Notes under the pieces: generated by a model
Told to the model about the DNA's origin: nothing
Seen by the model: only the letters and a program-made list of their open reading frames with translations
The model's database searches: none
Position numbers and translations under genes: made by a program
In this document: positions 11,718 to 23,187 of the stretch, piece by piece
Numbering within the stretch: position 1 is the stretch's first letter
How the letters are laid out: each line of letters starts with the position of its first letter
Assembly: GCA_950097015.1 (NCBI GenBank)
Contig: CATNEN010000039.1
Coordinates: forward strand, 4,774,001-4,838,000
Source of the DNA: Macrostomum hystrix
Lineage: Eukaryota > Animalia > Platyhelminthes
DNA length: 64,000 bases
Direction: 5' to 3'

Positions 11718-14700
11718 GCATTTAAATTAATGCTCAAATGCTCAAAATGCAATACAAAATATTGCTAAACATATAGAATCGCCTGGGTTTACCCGTGCAG
11801 CAGCAGCTATAGCCATGCTTGATTGATTGCAAGCTAGCAAGCGCTACTAAGCATTGACCCTATGCTGACGTCATCTAGCGAGGCATCTATAGCGCACCTT
11901 TTATCACTAACTTGAGATTAAGTCCGTAAACTCTAGTTGATATGGAATTGATGTCAGAGGGCTATAATATGCTATGGATGTCGATTCGCGAACTGACTTG
12001 GCTGTACGAATAGACTCAAATGCTGAGTGAATGGCTGTGTGAGAAACGTACTGTGTGCAAACGCACTTTCGCGAATTTACTACATCTGGCTGATTAACTG
12101 ACTGCAATATATATAGATAGGTAAGCAGATCTTAAACAAATCCTAAAAGCGTATTTGTACAAAAGTACTTGAAGTACTGTTGCAATTGCTATTTCTGTTG
12201 GTATTTTCGCAAAAATACGGACATGTTCTGAAACGAAGGTAAGGGCAGAATTTTTGCAAGAGTTTGCAAGTAGCGTGGCTTACTGGTATTTACGCGAATG
12301 TAGATACGTATTCCTAGACAAAGTGTCTTGTACCTTTTACCATAGACGTTTCAACGAGCAGTATTTCTGCAAATTGCCAAAAGTATTGATGAATGCTATT
12401 CTTGAAGGTATTTTCACGAAAAGACAAATTATAGTTCTAGATGAAAAATAAAGGGAGCATTTTTGCGAAAATACTTAAAGTAGTGTTGATTATTATTTTT
12501 AATGATATTTTCACGAAAATACTAATGTGTCCCAAAGGAAAGTAAAGGCGTTATCGAATGAAGGATGCTGCCGCATTCGAACAAACGTACGTCAGTAGTA
12601 TGCTAATAACAATCATTAACGATGGTATTTTCGCGAAAATACTGATGCGTGTTTTCAAACGAAAGTATACGAGTAAAAGCGGTATTTCAGCAAAAAATTA
12701 TTATTATTGCTGATATATTCTTGAAGGTATTTTAGCGAAAGTACATAAGAATTCTCAAACAAGTGTACGGTAGTATTTGTGCAAAAATACTTTAAGGTAG
12801 TGATGATTAATATTTCTGAAGGTAATTTTCACAAAAAGAAAACTTTTTTTTCAAAGAAAAGTAAAGGTCGTATTAAATGGTATTTTTGCAAAAATACAGA
12901 TTTGTCATTAAGCGAATTGAAAGCGTGTTCTAATGCACTGGTTGCAGAGTGTCAGATCATTAAACATTTACATACAGCATTGCACTGCACGTATTTGACT
13001 TTGATTTAAATATGCACACATCGCGACACCAATATTTTGAATTTAATTGTCGCATAAAACTAGCGTGTTCTTGACCGAGGTACCGGTATGTTCTATGAGG
13101 CATGAGCTAATGCGCTATGGTCAGACCTTTTTTACACCAGTTTCAGCAGACAATTTTTGACAAGTGCGCCGACCTTTTTTACCGACTATTTATAGCCTGG
13201 TTTTTTGCATTAGGAACCCGACCATTTTTTCACTTTTTCGTGTGTGGCCTATAGTGACCCTTCAGTCTGGATTTCCCTTTTTACATAGAAAATGAGAGGG
13301 AATTCCAAGCCACCCTTCTAAAAAAACCCGGGACTCTGTTGTCGGCGGTAAAAAATGGTCGATGCATTTTTTGTGCTTATGGCATCATTCCTATTTCAGA
13401 ATGAACTAGGCTATAGTAATGAAGATACAATGGAACTTTACCGGTTGGGTGCCGAGCAAGTTAATGGCGGTCGATCGAGGCGCGTAGCGCCGAGATCGTA
13501 ATCGCAATTAACTGCGAGGCAGCCAACCGGTAAAAGCATTATAAGGCTTCAGGCCATAGACAAATCAACTCCCCCTATAACGCTATCTGGCGGCTGTCGG
13601 TCGACAAGCAACGGCGTTATAGGGGGAGTTGATTTGTCTATGGCCTGAAGCCTTATAATGCTTTTACCGGTTGGTAAAATACTTTAATTGATAATTGAAA
13701 AGAAACAAATATAAGCGTCCAAATTTTGTAAGCTTCTGGCTCATGGCGGATTGGCGCAGTTTGTGCCATAGACATGCCATTATCGCTGAGTGATCGTTTA
13801 TACCATAATACGTTGCTGAAGCCTTATAATCTTCATTGCGAGATGGCCATGAGCCAGCAAGGACCTTGTGGAAGCCGAGCGAAGCAAGATTTTCCATAGG
13901 TCCTTTCGAAGACGAACCCTAACCTAAATATTTATATTTATTCACTTGTTGTGTATTGTATTTGTTTTCCTTCTTCTTCTTAGACAACTCACAAACGCAA
14001 CGATGGATACAACAATGAAAAAAAAATGAACATCAAAGGAGAAATTAATAACAAAAACATTTTGTACACAGTGAGTCCGAAATTCTTTCCAATGACACCA
14101 CGTGTGCTATAATTTGATATTTGTTCAGGACTTATATGCAAAAACGATCTAAAATTACGTGTGCAAAATGCCATTCAAAAACAAAAAGGATATATAAAAA
14201 ACTGAGCCTATTGTTTTGCTAATTTCGCATCAGGCGGTTTAGAGCGTCTATTGGAGAAACTTTTAAGGCTGGTAAGAAAAAATTTTGCGAGTCAGTTTTT
14301 TTGCGTCTGCATGAAAATTGTACCCGATTTTTGCCGATTTTTCCATTTTCATGTACAAAGTACATCTAACCTGCACGTATCCACACGTGCAATACCTTGT
14401 TGGAAAGGGCATCCAAGCACCTATCCAATGATGCCATACTTGTTTCTTAATGTTTCGTTGGTCAAAAGTTGTGCGCCAAAGCCTTCAAACTTTTGCCGAG
14501 CAACAGGTAAAAAAATTGAAGGTTTTAGCAGCCTAGCTGACCACCAGCATGTCATAAAAACTTGATAAATTACGGAATCGTTATTGAATATGTTGGCAAT
14601 AATGACAAACAGGCGGCTAATAAGCAGCACCATAAAACGCACAATTGTTAGGGCTCCTTTTATGAGTCAAACAATGACCAAAACTGACCAAAAACACGTT

Positions 14701-17700
14701 TTTGAACATTAAAGCCGGACATATTTAAAGCAGTGCACTTAAACAAACTGAAACCAACGCAGCAATTTAGATGACATCCAGTTGATTCTAAAAACATGCA
14801 AAACCAAGCAGAAAATGCATTGCTTCCTTACTTTTAGTAGGGCCTCAAAGTGCACCTATACAAAATGCACTTTTAAAGTACACGTCTACTTTTTAGTACT
14901 AAAGGTTACCTGATAAAATGCTTGTCTTCATTAGACAGCCCCAGATGTCCCGCAAACAGTTCAGCAGCTCAAAGGACGCGCGGCCTTTATGCTGCTTCCT
15001 GTCAAACGTTTGAAAAAATGCACTTTTTGCACCTCTGCAAAAACACGTTTTTCACCTTGTCTGCATGTACAAAGGAGCAAATGCTCTAAAAATCATTATC
15101 ATATTATTGTAGCCTATAAATGCCCGCTTAAGGTCATATAGATCGTTAGGCAGCACCTTATTTTTCGTTACTCAATCCTTATTTTTATGAACACAATTTT
15201 CGAGCAACTCTAAAAAACACACTTTTCCGTTGCCATAGCAACCAAACAACGCGTCCGTGACAACCAAGCATGCCTGGCCCGATTGCCCCAGGTGTTTTAC
15301 ATTTAAGCGAAAACCGCATCCCTTTACAACACGTAATTCTCAAACGGTGGCATTTACAATTCGAAAAACGTCGTTTTCAGTGTGTGCAGTTGTTACCCAA
15401 TCTTATCATAGATGTTCTCGCATACTGGCTCACCCATCTCGCAACTAGATTAATTCCACAGTATTCCTTTCGATACAGCTGTGCTTTTTGTGTTGACCAG
15501 ATTTTATTTTCGCAACGCATACGTTATGTACTTTGTTTTAATCATTTTAACACGGAAAGCATCAAGCACATATTCGAAGCTTCGAGAGAGACATTTGGAT
15601 TTTAAAATCTGTCATCTATAATTTACACGCGGGTAGTAGACAGTAGTAGAGTCTTAAAAAACAGTTGCTAAATCATGTCACTCAGGTTATTTGTTTCATC
15701 TATCTCTGGAAATATGAAGGTATGATTTTAGAAAAAATAACTGATAACTAAACTAACCTAACCCACTGTGTATTCTTTTTGGCTTAGCTAGCTAGCTATC
15801 CATGGACCATGTAGAAGTGGAACGCTGGTCTGATTGCCATACTATTATTACAGCTTAGCTAATAATTCAATATTTTAGGAGGGAAATGGCACATCATTTG
15901 GTGCTATAGGCCTAAACACATATGGCTTGCATATCTAGTTATCAATTACCATTTAAGGGTTTACTATTTTAGCACAAAAATAATGGTCAATGACTAATGT
16001 TTTATTATTTAACCATTGGAGCAGGAGCCTACAAATAACATAACTGCTATTCATAGGGTGACTGTACAACTAACAAAATGACTGGCTAATAATATGGTGA
16101 CAATGATAAAAATTTTGTTGTAATTCACTTTTCAAAATGTTTGAACTTTGAGGTTTGACCTAGCCTCTAGGGAGTAGGGGCAGAAAGTCTAAAACTTCCA
16201 TGTTGCGAGCCACATCTCAGCCTAACCATGTCAAATTTTCAACTCATGTTCCTGACACACAAGTTAGAAAGGTAATAAATTTGCTTTCTACAGACTATAA
16301 AATGCATTTTGCATACAATAACTATTCTGGCATTGGAGGTAGAGATGTGGTGGCAATGATGAATAACATCTAATAATTACCATATGAATCAAATGAATGA
16401 TGAATAAAATGCAAGTGACAGGTGTAGCAATACTGTATTCTTATAATCTTATCTTCTCTATTTATCGCTCTTACTTTATCATTAAACTTTTTATATTTGT
16501 GCATTCACTGTATAAATAATAATTTTGCTTTTTGTATGCTCACCATATGAATAGCCATCTTGCTATTTGTACAATCACTGTATAAATAACAAATACATTG
16601 ATTCTACATTTCTGAAAACTTGACCTATCACTACCAAAAATGAATAGGTCCAATCCAGGTATTTTAAATTCAAAATGGGAATCTGAAATGCCAAATGTAC
16701 AGTATATTTCTCAATGTATGTTTCCAATTTAATTATATATAGCTACTAGCTTTTTTGCCCGTTGTTTTTGGGGCAGAAATTTAAAGCAAAGCAGTAAGCA
16801 ATTCACGTCTCTGTATTAACTTTATAGTGAAGGTCACCATTTATTTATTTACTGCATTAATGAAAAGTGAAGAGTTTGTTTAAGGGCGTTTTAAGTAAAA
16901 AATAAGTGAAAAGTTTGTCCAAACAGCCCCCTCTTGATTACTTCTTTAGAAACATGTCTTTTAGCCACTCCTCTATACAGTCAGTGGCAGATCCAGGAAT
17001 TTTGTTTTGGGGCGGTCTGTCAGGGGAGCGCCATGAGAATCACAGAGGGGGTGCCAGCGGCCGAAAAAAGGGCGCCAGGAGCCAAGAAAGGGCGCCAGCG
17101 GCTGAAAAACGGGAGCCAGCGGCTGAAAAAGGGGCGCCAGCGGCCGAAAAGGGGCGCCAGTGCTGCGACTGGCGCCCCTGGTAGGGGCATCTTATTCCCA
17201 TGATTAAAATTTTGGGGGGGGGCGACTGCCCCCGGCCCCCCCCCCCTAAATCTGCCTCTGTATACAGTATGCATGTACACGCGTATACATAAGGAAAATA
17301 GCCATGGCATAACAATAACAATGTCAAAGAAACAAAATTAAACTGTTTCAGAGTTCAGAGTTAGACAGGTCAAGGTCAATTCGTGACTACTTTTCTATTA
17401 ATTGCTTGCGAGTCACCTCAAGGCCTGGGGATACACCACATTCTTCGTTCTTCCCCTTGGTGCGAAAATGAATAGGCCAGCTGGAGTTCCAACACGGGAG
17501 CAGGCGACATAAAGCTGCCCATGCGAGAAGCAAGGAGTCTCCAGGTTGATGCCAGCCACCTTCAGCGACTGTCCCTGAGCCTTGTTAATAGTCATCGCAA
17601 AGCACACTCTCACAGGGAACTGCAGTCGCTTGAACTGAAATGGCAGGTCCGTGGGGATAATTGGAATCCGGGGAACGAACACAGACTCTCCTCTGCCAGA

Positions 17701-20029
17701 TCCAGTCATTATCGTGGCCTCAATCACGTGTGGGAAGAGCCGCCTGACTATCAGTCTGGTGCCGTTACACAGCCTTGGCGCATTCAGGTTGCGGAGGAGC
17801 ATAATTGGTGCCCCAACTTTCAGCTGCAAGTTGTGCGATGGAGTTCCAGGAGAATCTAGAGAGTTCAGAAACTCAACAGGATACTCCACAGCGGTGTCAT
17901 CAGTCAACGTTGTATCAATTGACTTGTAGGTGAAAACTGCACCTGGCAACTCCTGAAGCAGTTGGTAGTTAATTTCGTTGGCGGCATCATTTCTAGAACA
18001 CAGAATTGCCCTCTCTGACAGCCAGTCAACGCCAGCCTCTCTCTTTCTTCTATCCCAGGCTGGCTGGAGAGAAATATCGACCGGAGAGCCCTGCGCACTG
18101 GGACGCCACCGCACTCACCGCACTCACCGCACTCAGTCTCAGTGCTGCTTGGGGGCCATTAGACAGTCTAGGGGTTTGGGTTGTGTACATTCACGGCTTG
18201 AAATACAATGTACAGTCTGGGGCTTCGGCGCCCGGGGAAGGGAGGGGGTGGCTGTAATAAAATTTGGCCCGCAGAGTGGCGGAGGGGAGTTGGGGTGGCT
18301 GTCCTCAGAAAACAAAAAGTGACTCACTTTGAGATGATGCAGCTTTGCTCTGGATTGAGTAGAGATGTTCAAAATTGACAGAATTGTTGGAAAACATGTA
18401 AAGTGTAAGTGGATCAAATTTGGAGAAAATCTGACAAAGTGGGGCGACGATATGTCGAATTGAGTGATTTTTTGACGATTTTCGAGCAGTTTTTTGCACT
18501 TTTGAGCAGGAAGGAAATGATTTTTCGGGAATTTGAGTAGCCTATTGCACTCAGCGTAGGTGGTTTTAGGTATGTGCAAAGTTTGGTGCAATTTGGTTGA
18601 GCGGTTTCGGCGTCTATAAAGACAAAAGGTTGCACACACACAGACAGACAGACAGAGTTTTCACTTTTATATATATAGATGTTCTCTTTTATTTCTTGTT
18701 TTATGCAATTTATATTCATATAAAAAAAATTTTTTCTTAGATTTGTCATAGAATTTATTATTTAAGTTGCTTGCACAAGACAGTAGATGATATAACAGGG
18801 TTTTTGCCTACCATCATTTACCTACAGCAGAAGATAAAAATTAAGGCTTGGGCCCCAAGGACAATTTCAAAGTAGTGAGGCTTTCATTTTTTCTGTAGCA
18901 GTGTGCACTGTTTATATTTTATAGCCAAACTCATTCATTGTGTTAGATGGTTAGGGTGATTGGTGATATTATACAAAGGCCATTTGTATCATGTGTTCTG
19001 TGTCTTATCTTAAACAAATAAACAGTGGGACTAGCTTCTAAGGCTAATTGTTGTTTTTGAGCAAAAGAGTTCCATGCTAGACCAAACTTAAAACTTTGTG
19101 GCATATGTACAGGATTTTGTACAGGATGTACAGATGTATAGGAACAGAAACACACAATAAGACTCCTATAAGCAAAACTCACCTGAGGCAGCAAACTGCC
19201 ATTCTTTGCTTTCATGCCCAGCAGTCATTTTAATTTCCAAGCATTTCAATCCAATCAAAGCATTGGCCACAGAGAGAATTATAAAAATTCAAACAGCAAG
19301 AGAGACTTTTATTTAATGGGGCTGCAGCATTGCACAGATCCACAGTACATGTAATGCAAGCTGAAATCTAAACACCAAATCCATGGAAGATATATTTAAG
19401 AGACTCGCAATCTGCTTCTGAACACCCAGACCATAAGTAAAAATTGTCTAGTGATCTGCCGTATGCCATGTAACCAAAAGTGCATGTCGGCATTAGGTAC
19501 TTTGGAATTAAATGGTTCACGTGAGGCGAACTCGACCAGGTGCAGAATTCATAGATGAGATGGATTCTAGGTAAATACGAGTTAAAAATTAACTTGCCTA
19601 ATTCTTGTGCTGGCATATTCCTAGATAATGCTGTCATGCATGCAGAGATAAAACAGTTTGTGCCTGGATGTTATTTTTTAGTTAGTGCCTGCAGCTCTAC
19701 AATACTGATCCAAGATATGCTTTATCGACCTTGAATAATGTACTCGAGTAGGATGCCTATCTAGCTTGAGGTGTGGATGTCCGAAACTGCAATAGGGGCG
19801 CTGCCCGCATTTGAGTGCCAAATAACAATTGCGCGATAGTAAATTGTCTTCTCTTGACTACCAGCCTGGCACTGATCGGGCAGCTCGGTCAAGTCCAACA
19901 CTAGAATTATCTCCTGTTGTTCTCCTTAAGTTCAGATGGGCACCAGCCAGACCCCCATGTACTGGAGCTCCTCGAATGTATGCTGGCTGAAGAGTTTCTC
20001 TATATAAATTATGGCTCGAAAAGCCTTTC
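11718..20029 (+). repeat. Tandem segmental duplication, copy 2 (8312 bp)
   Basis: Matches copy 1 except a 7-bp insertion near 15640 and two 1-bp homopolymer extensions (near 17065 and 17240), the only differences I could see by eye. Confidence 0.97.
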
Positions 20030-20965
20030 AATTGTTTGTCGTGACTGTCCATGATGCTGGCTGCATTCGCTGTAAAGTTACTGGTGGTATGTAAAGAGCT
20101 TGCAGTGCTAAGGTAATCAACAAGATAATTCATGAATTGCATTTGAGGTCATTTAAAAGCAGGTAAAAGACAAACAGAAAATATGAAAATATATCTGAAT
20201 ACGAGGGTATTTGCGGATAAAAAAAATTTTTTTCTATTTCATTTTAACAGAGCCGCCATTCAAGGAAAATGTGTAAAATTTCCTTCTTTTGTATTACAAA
20301 ACCCAATGAAGGCACGGAAAGCTTTCTACTTTCAGATTGTAGCTAATATCTATTTGTTACATATTTATGATCTTTTTATCTTAGCAAACCTAAACAGGAT
20401 TCTCTAATTACATGTACATGTTTGACGTGAAACGTCCCTTTTCCATCCAAGATCAAGGATCGCCAGGCCTATGTTAAAAGAATCCTGGACAGCCTGGGTA
20501 TCCAGTATGAGGAGATCGACATATCCGAAGACAGCAACGCCGAGCTGAAGGCCCAGATGCAGTCCGCTGCGCGCAGTCACGGCAAGCCGGTGGTGCCGCC
20601 GCATCTGATGCGAGGCGATGCCTACCTTGGCGTGAGTGCATTTAAATTTCAAAACCAGTCTAACAGTCTTGTTTGTTTATTCGTTTTAATATTTTGTTTT
20701 AATTTCTAACCGCAGGACGGAGAAGACTTCTCCAATGCTGTTGAGATCGATCGTCTGAGCGCCTTTCTGCAGCTAATCTCTGCTGACGATGATGAGGTGA
20801 GTAAAAACTACTTACATGTGTACTAATTAACAGATGCAAGCCTTGACACGATTATAACACTGCATTTAAAATCCAATCGAACCGCAGAGTGGCCACAAAA
20901 AATCTGAAAACATCGAAGACGCAACTGCGTTGGGTGAAGCGACAGATGCTACGAAAGACGATTGA
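15675..20965 (+). CDS. SH3BGRL: SH3BGR/SH3BGRL family glutaredoxin-fold protein, 127 aa; exons 15675-15719 (or 7360-7404), 20452-20631, 20716-20796, 20888-20965
   Basis: MSLRLFVSSISGNMK-IKDRQAYVKRILDSLGIQYEEIDISED...VVPPHLMRGDAYLG-DGEDFSNAVEIDRLSAFLQL matches the SH3BGR pattern; all introns GT-AG, phase 0. Confidence 0.88.
16746..18679 (-). mobile_element. Non-autonomous Helitron, copy 2 (part of the duplication)
   Basis: Same termini and content as 8431-10362. Confidence 0.9.
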
Positions 20966-21117
20966 CTGGACAGCTAAAATGATTTTTTTCTCACTGTTAA
21001 ATCATTAATATGTATTCTTCTGATATCTAATCTTCAATAATGTTCGTTTAAAGCGATTTTGGTATTTTTAATAGAGCACACTTGGACCACATCACTATTA
21101 AATTAATATTCGAAACG

Positions 21118-21618
21118 GACTTACCTGGTCATGCCGGGTCTACATGGTCATGCCGGGTCTACCTTGTCATACCGTGTCTACCTGGTCATGCCGGGTCTAC
21201 CTGGTCTGGTCACACCGGGTCTACCTGGTCATACCGGGTCTACCTGGTCATACCGGGTCTACCTGGTCATACCGGGTCTACCTGGTCACACCGGGTCTAC
21301 CTGGTCATACCGGGTCTACCTGGTCATACCGGGTCTACCTGGTCATACCGGGTCTACCTGGTCATACCGGGTCTACCTGGTCATACCGGGTCTACCTGGT
21401 CATGCCGGGTCTACCTGGTCATGCCGGTTCTACCTGGTCATACCGGGTCTACCTGGTCATACCGGGTCTACCTTGTCATACCGTGTCTACCTGGTCATGC
21501 CGGGTCTACCTGGTCTGGTCACACCGGGTCTACCTGGTCATACCGGGTCTACCTGGTCACACCGGGTCTACCTGGTCATACCGGGTCTACCTGGTCATAC
21601 CGGGTCTACCTGGTCATA
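21118..21618. repeat. 19-bp minisatellite (acctggtcataccgggtct)
   Basis: Visible tandem array. Confidence 0.95.
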
Positions 21619-22198
21619 ATGTGGGTTCGTGGTGCTATTTATTGTACTGCTGATTCGTTATGCGTCTTGATCCAGCTTAAAATACCTATCTCGGCTTTTA
21701 TCCCAGCAATCGACAGGGTTGAAGTAAAAATTGACTGTTTGCTTTCAGTAAATATTTTCTGTCTCCAGCAATGATCGCTAGCAGAAAATTTGCAGTCTCA
21801 TTGTAATTCCAGTAAATTTACTTTTGTCTGACGTATTTATTCCTCAATAATTTTACAATACGTACACAATCTGTACTGTTCATTTGAAGTTGTAAAGTAT
21901 CCGATTAGGTATTGATTTTGTTAATTTAATTTGCAAAGCCGTTCCATTACCGATTTTTTCTACATTGCACATTCTGAACTCCGCTTGTTAAAATTCCAAT
22001 TCGCGCTATTGATATCTGCTGTTTCTGCCAGTGCGTATTTTTCTAATCAACTGCTTCTTTTTTTCGTGTGAACTCTTCCGGTTATTGAACGGTTCTCAAC
22101 GAGTTATTGGCTTCGAATTAATGATAAATAAATTGCTTTTGAATATTCTAGAGCTGTAGCCATCCTTCAGTATATGCTGTTCTTTTATTTCCTGTCTT

Positions 22199-22369
22199 CA
22201 GGGGCGTAGCCAGGATTTTTTTGGGATATCGGTTTTGGTTCTATCCAGCGTATCCAGAATAAAAAACAATTAATTCATTTCTTTCGAAGAAACGGAATGC
22301 GAACAATTTTGAGACATCAAATTTTGGGGGTATCCGCCGATACACCGATACCCCCTCGCTACGCCACTG
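22199..22369. mobile_element. hAT-type MITE
   Basis: TIRs CAGGGGCGTAGC / GCTACGCCACTG; degenerate 8-bp TSD cctgtctt / cctgttca. Confidence 0.7.
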
Positions 22370-22653
22370 CCTGTTCATGTTTGATTTTTTTTAATTAGTT
22401 TTTCCGAATTTTCTTCGAATATGATGGAGCTGACTATGCACACAGGGTTGCAATTCTCGCGCATTAGGCTTTAAAAGTATACTTTGCCACTTAAAATAGC
22501 TTAACATCATCGAAAAGTTAATTGGCGGCGTGAGCTAGTTTAGGCACTCAGGATGCCCAGTTTGGGGATGTGTGCGTCATCCGTGATCCCAGATGCTAGG
22601 TTTAGAAACCCTAACCCTGCAGTGAGTGCATTGTCTTCGCTTTCGCTTTTCAG

Positions 22654-23187
22654 GCTCTCACCGGCAAAATCGCCTCGCTCTCGCTGGCCGGTAGCGGTCG
22701 CTCTCTGCTGATGCTCCGCGGTCGTCTGCACCTAATGACCGCGTCGGCTGCAGCCGCTAGCAATGCTAGCATCAACCGCCGCTGCCTGCACTCCACGGCG
22801 CCCGTGAAAGTCCTGGGCATGGCTGAGAAGCCGACCCAGGTGAAAATTCCGGAGCCATCGCACGGCGGCATGATGAGCAAGTCGCAGCACTGGACAGTTG
22901 AGCGTGTGCTCACAGTCGGCATGATCCCGCTGTACCCGGCGGCTCTGATGATGGACGGTCTGGCCATGAACCTGGCCGTCAGCGCTGCCATCACAATGCA
23001 CGTCTACTGGGGCATCGAGGCGGTGATCAAGGACTACGCCATGGAGCGACTGTACGGTCCTTCGCTGCAGAAGATTCTCTACGCCGTCTGGAAGGTGATC
23101 TCTTTGATCGGCTTTGCCGGCTTTGTTTACTTCTGCTACACCGACGTCGGCTTCATCCGCGTTGTGAAAGACCTGTGGACCGTGTGA
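22654..23187 (+). CDS. SDHD: Succinate dehydrogenase cytochrome b small subunit; first in-frame ATG at 22711, frame continues back to an acceptor AG ending at 22653
   Basis: Transit-peptide-like N-terminus, HWTVER, three hydrophobic helices, H-x-x-WG...DY heme/quinone motif. Confidence 0.92.
   Translation, partial: ALTGKIASLSLAGSGRSLLMLRGRLHLMTASAAAASNASINRRCLHSTAPVKVLGMAEKPTQVKIPEPSHGGMMSKSQHWTVERVLTVGMIPLYPAALMMDGLAMNLAVSAAITMHVYWGIEAVIKDYAMERLYGPSLQKILYAVWKVISLIGFAGFVYFCYTDVGFIRVVKDLWTV

Noticed and set aside
20183-20407. MKIYLNTR... ORF as the SH3BGR first exon
   Set aside because: AT-rich with no family match; the exon at 7360/15675 fits much better.
21082-21774. Repetitive ORFs here and at 40658, 41620, 52314 and 55717
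   Set aside because: All are translations of tandem repeats.
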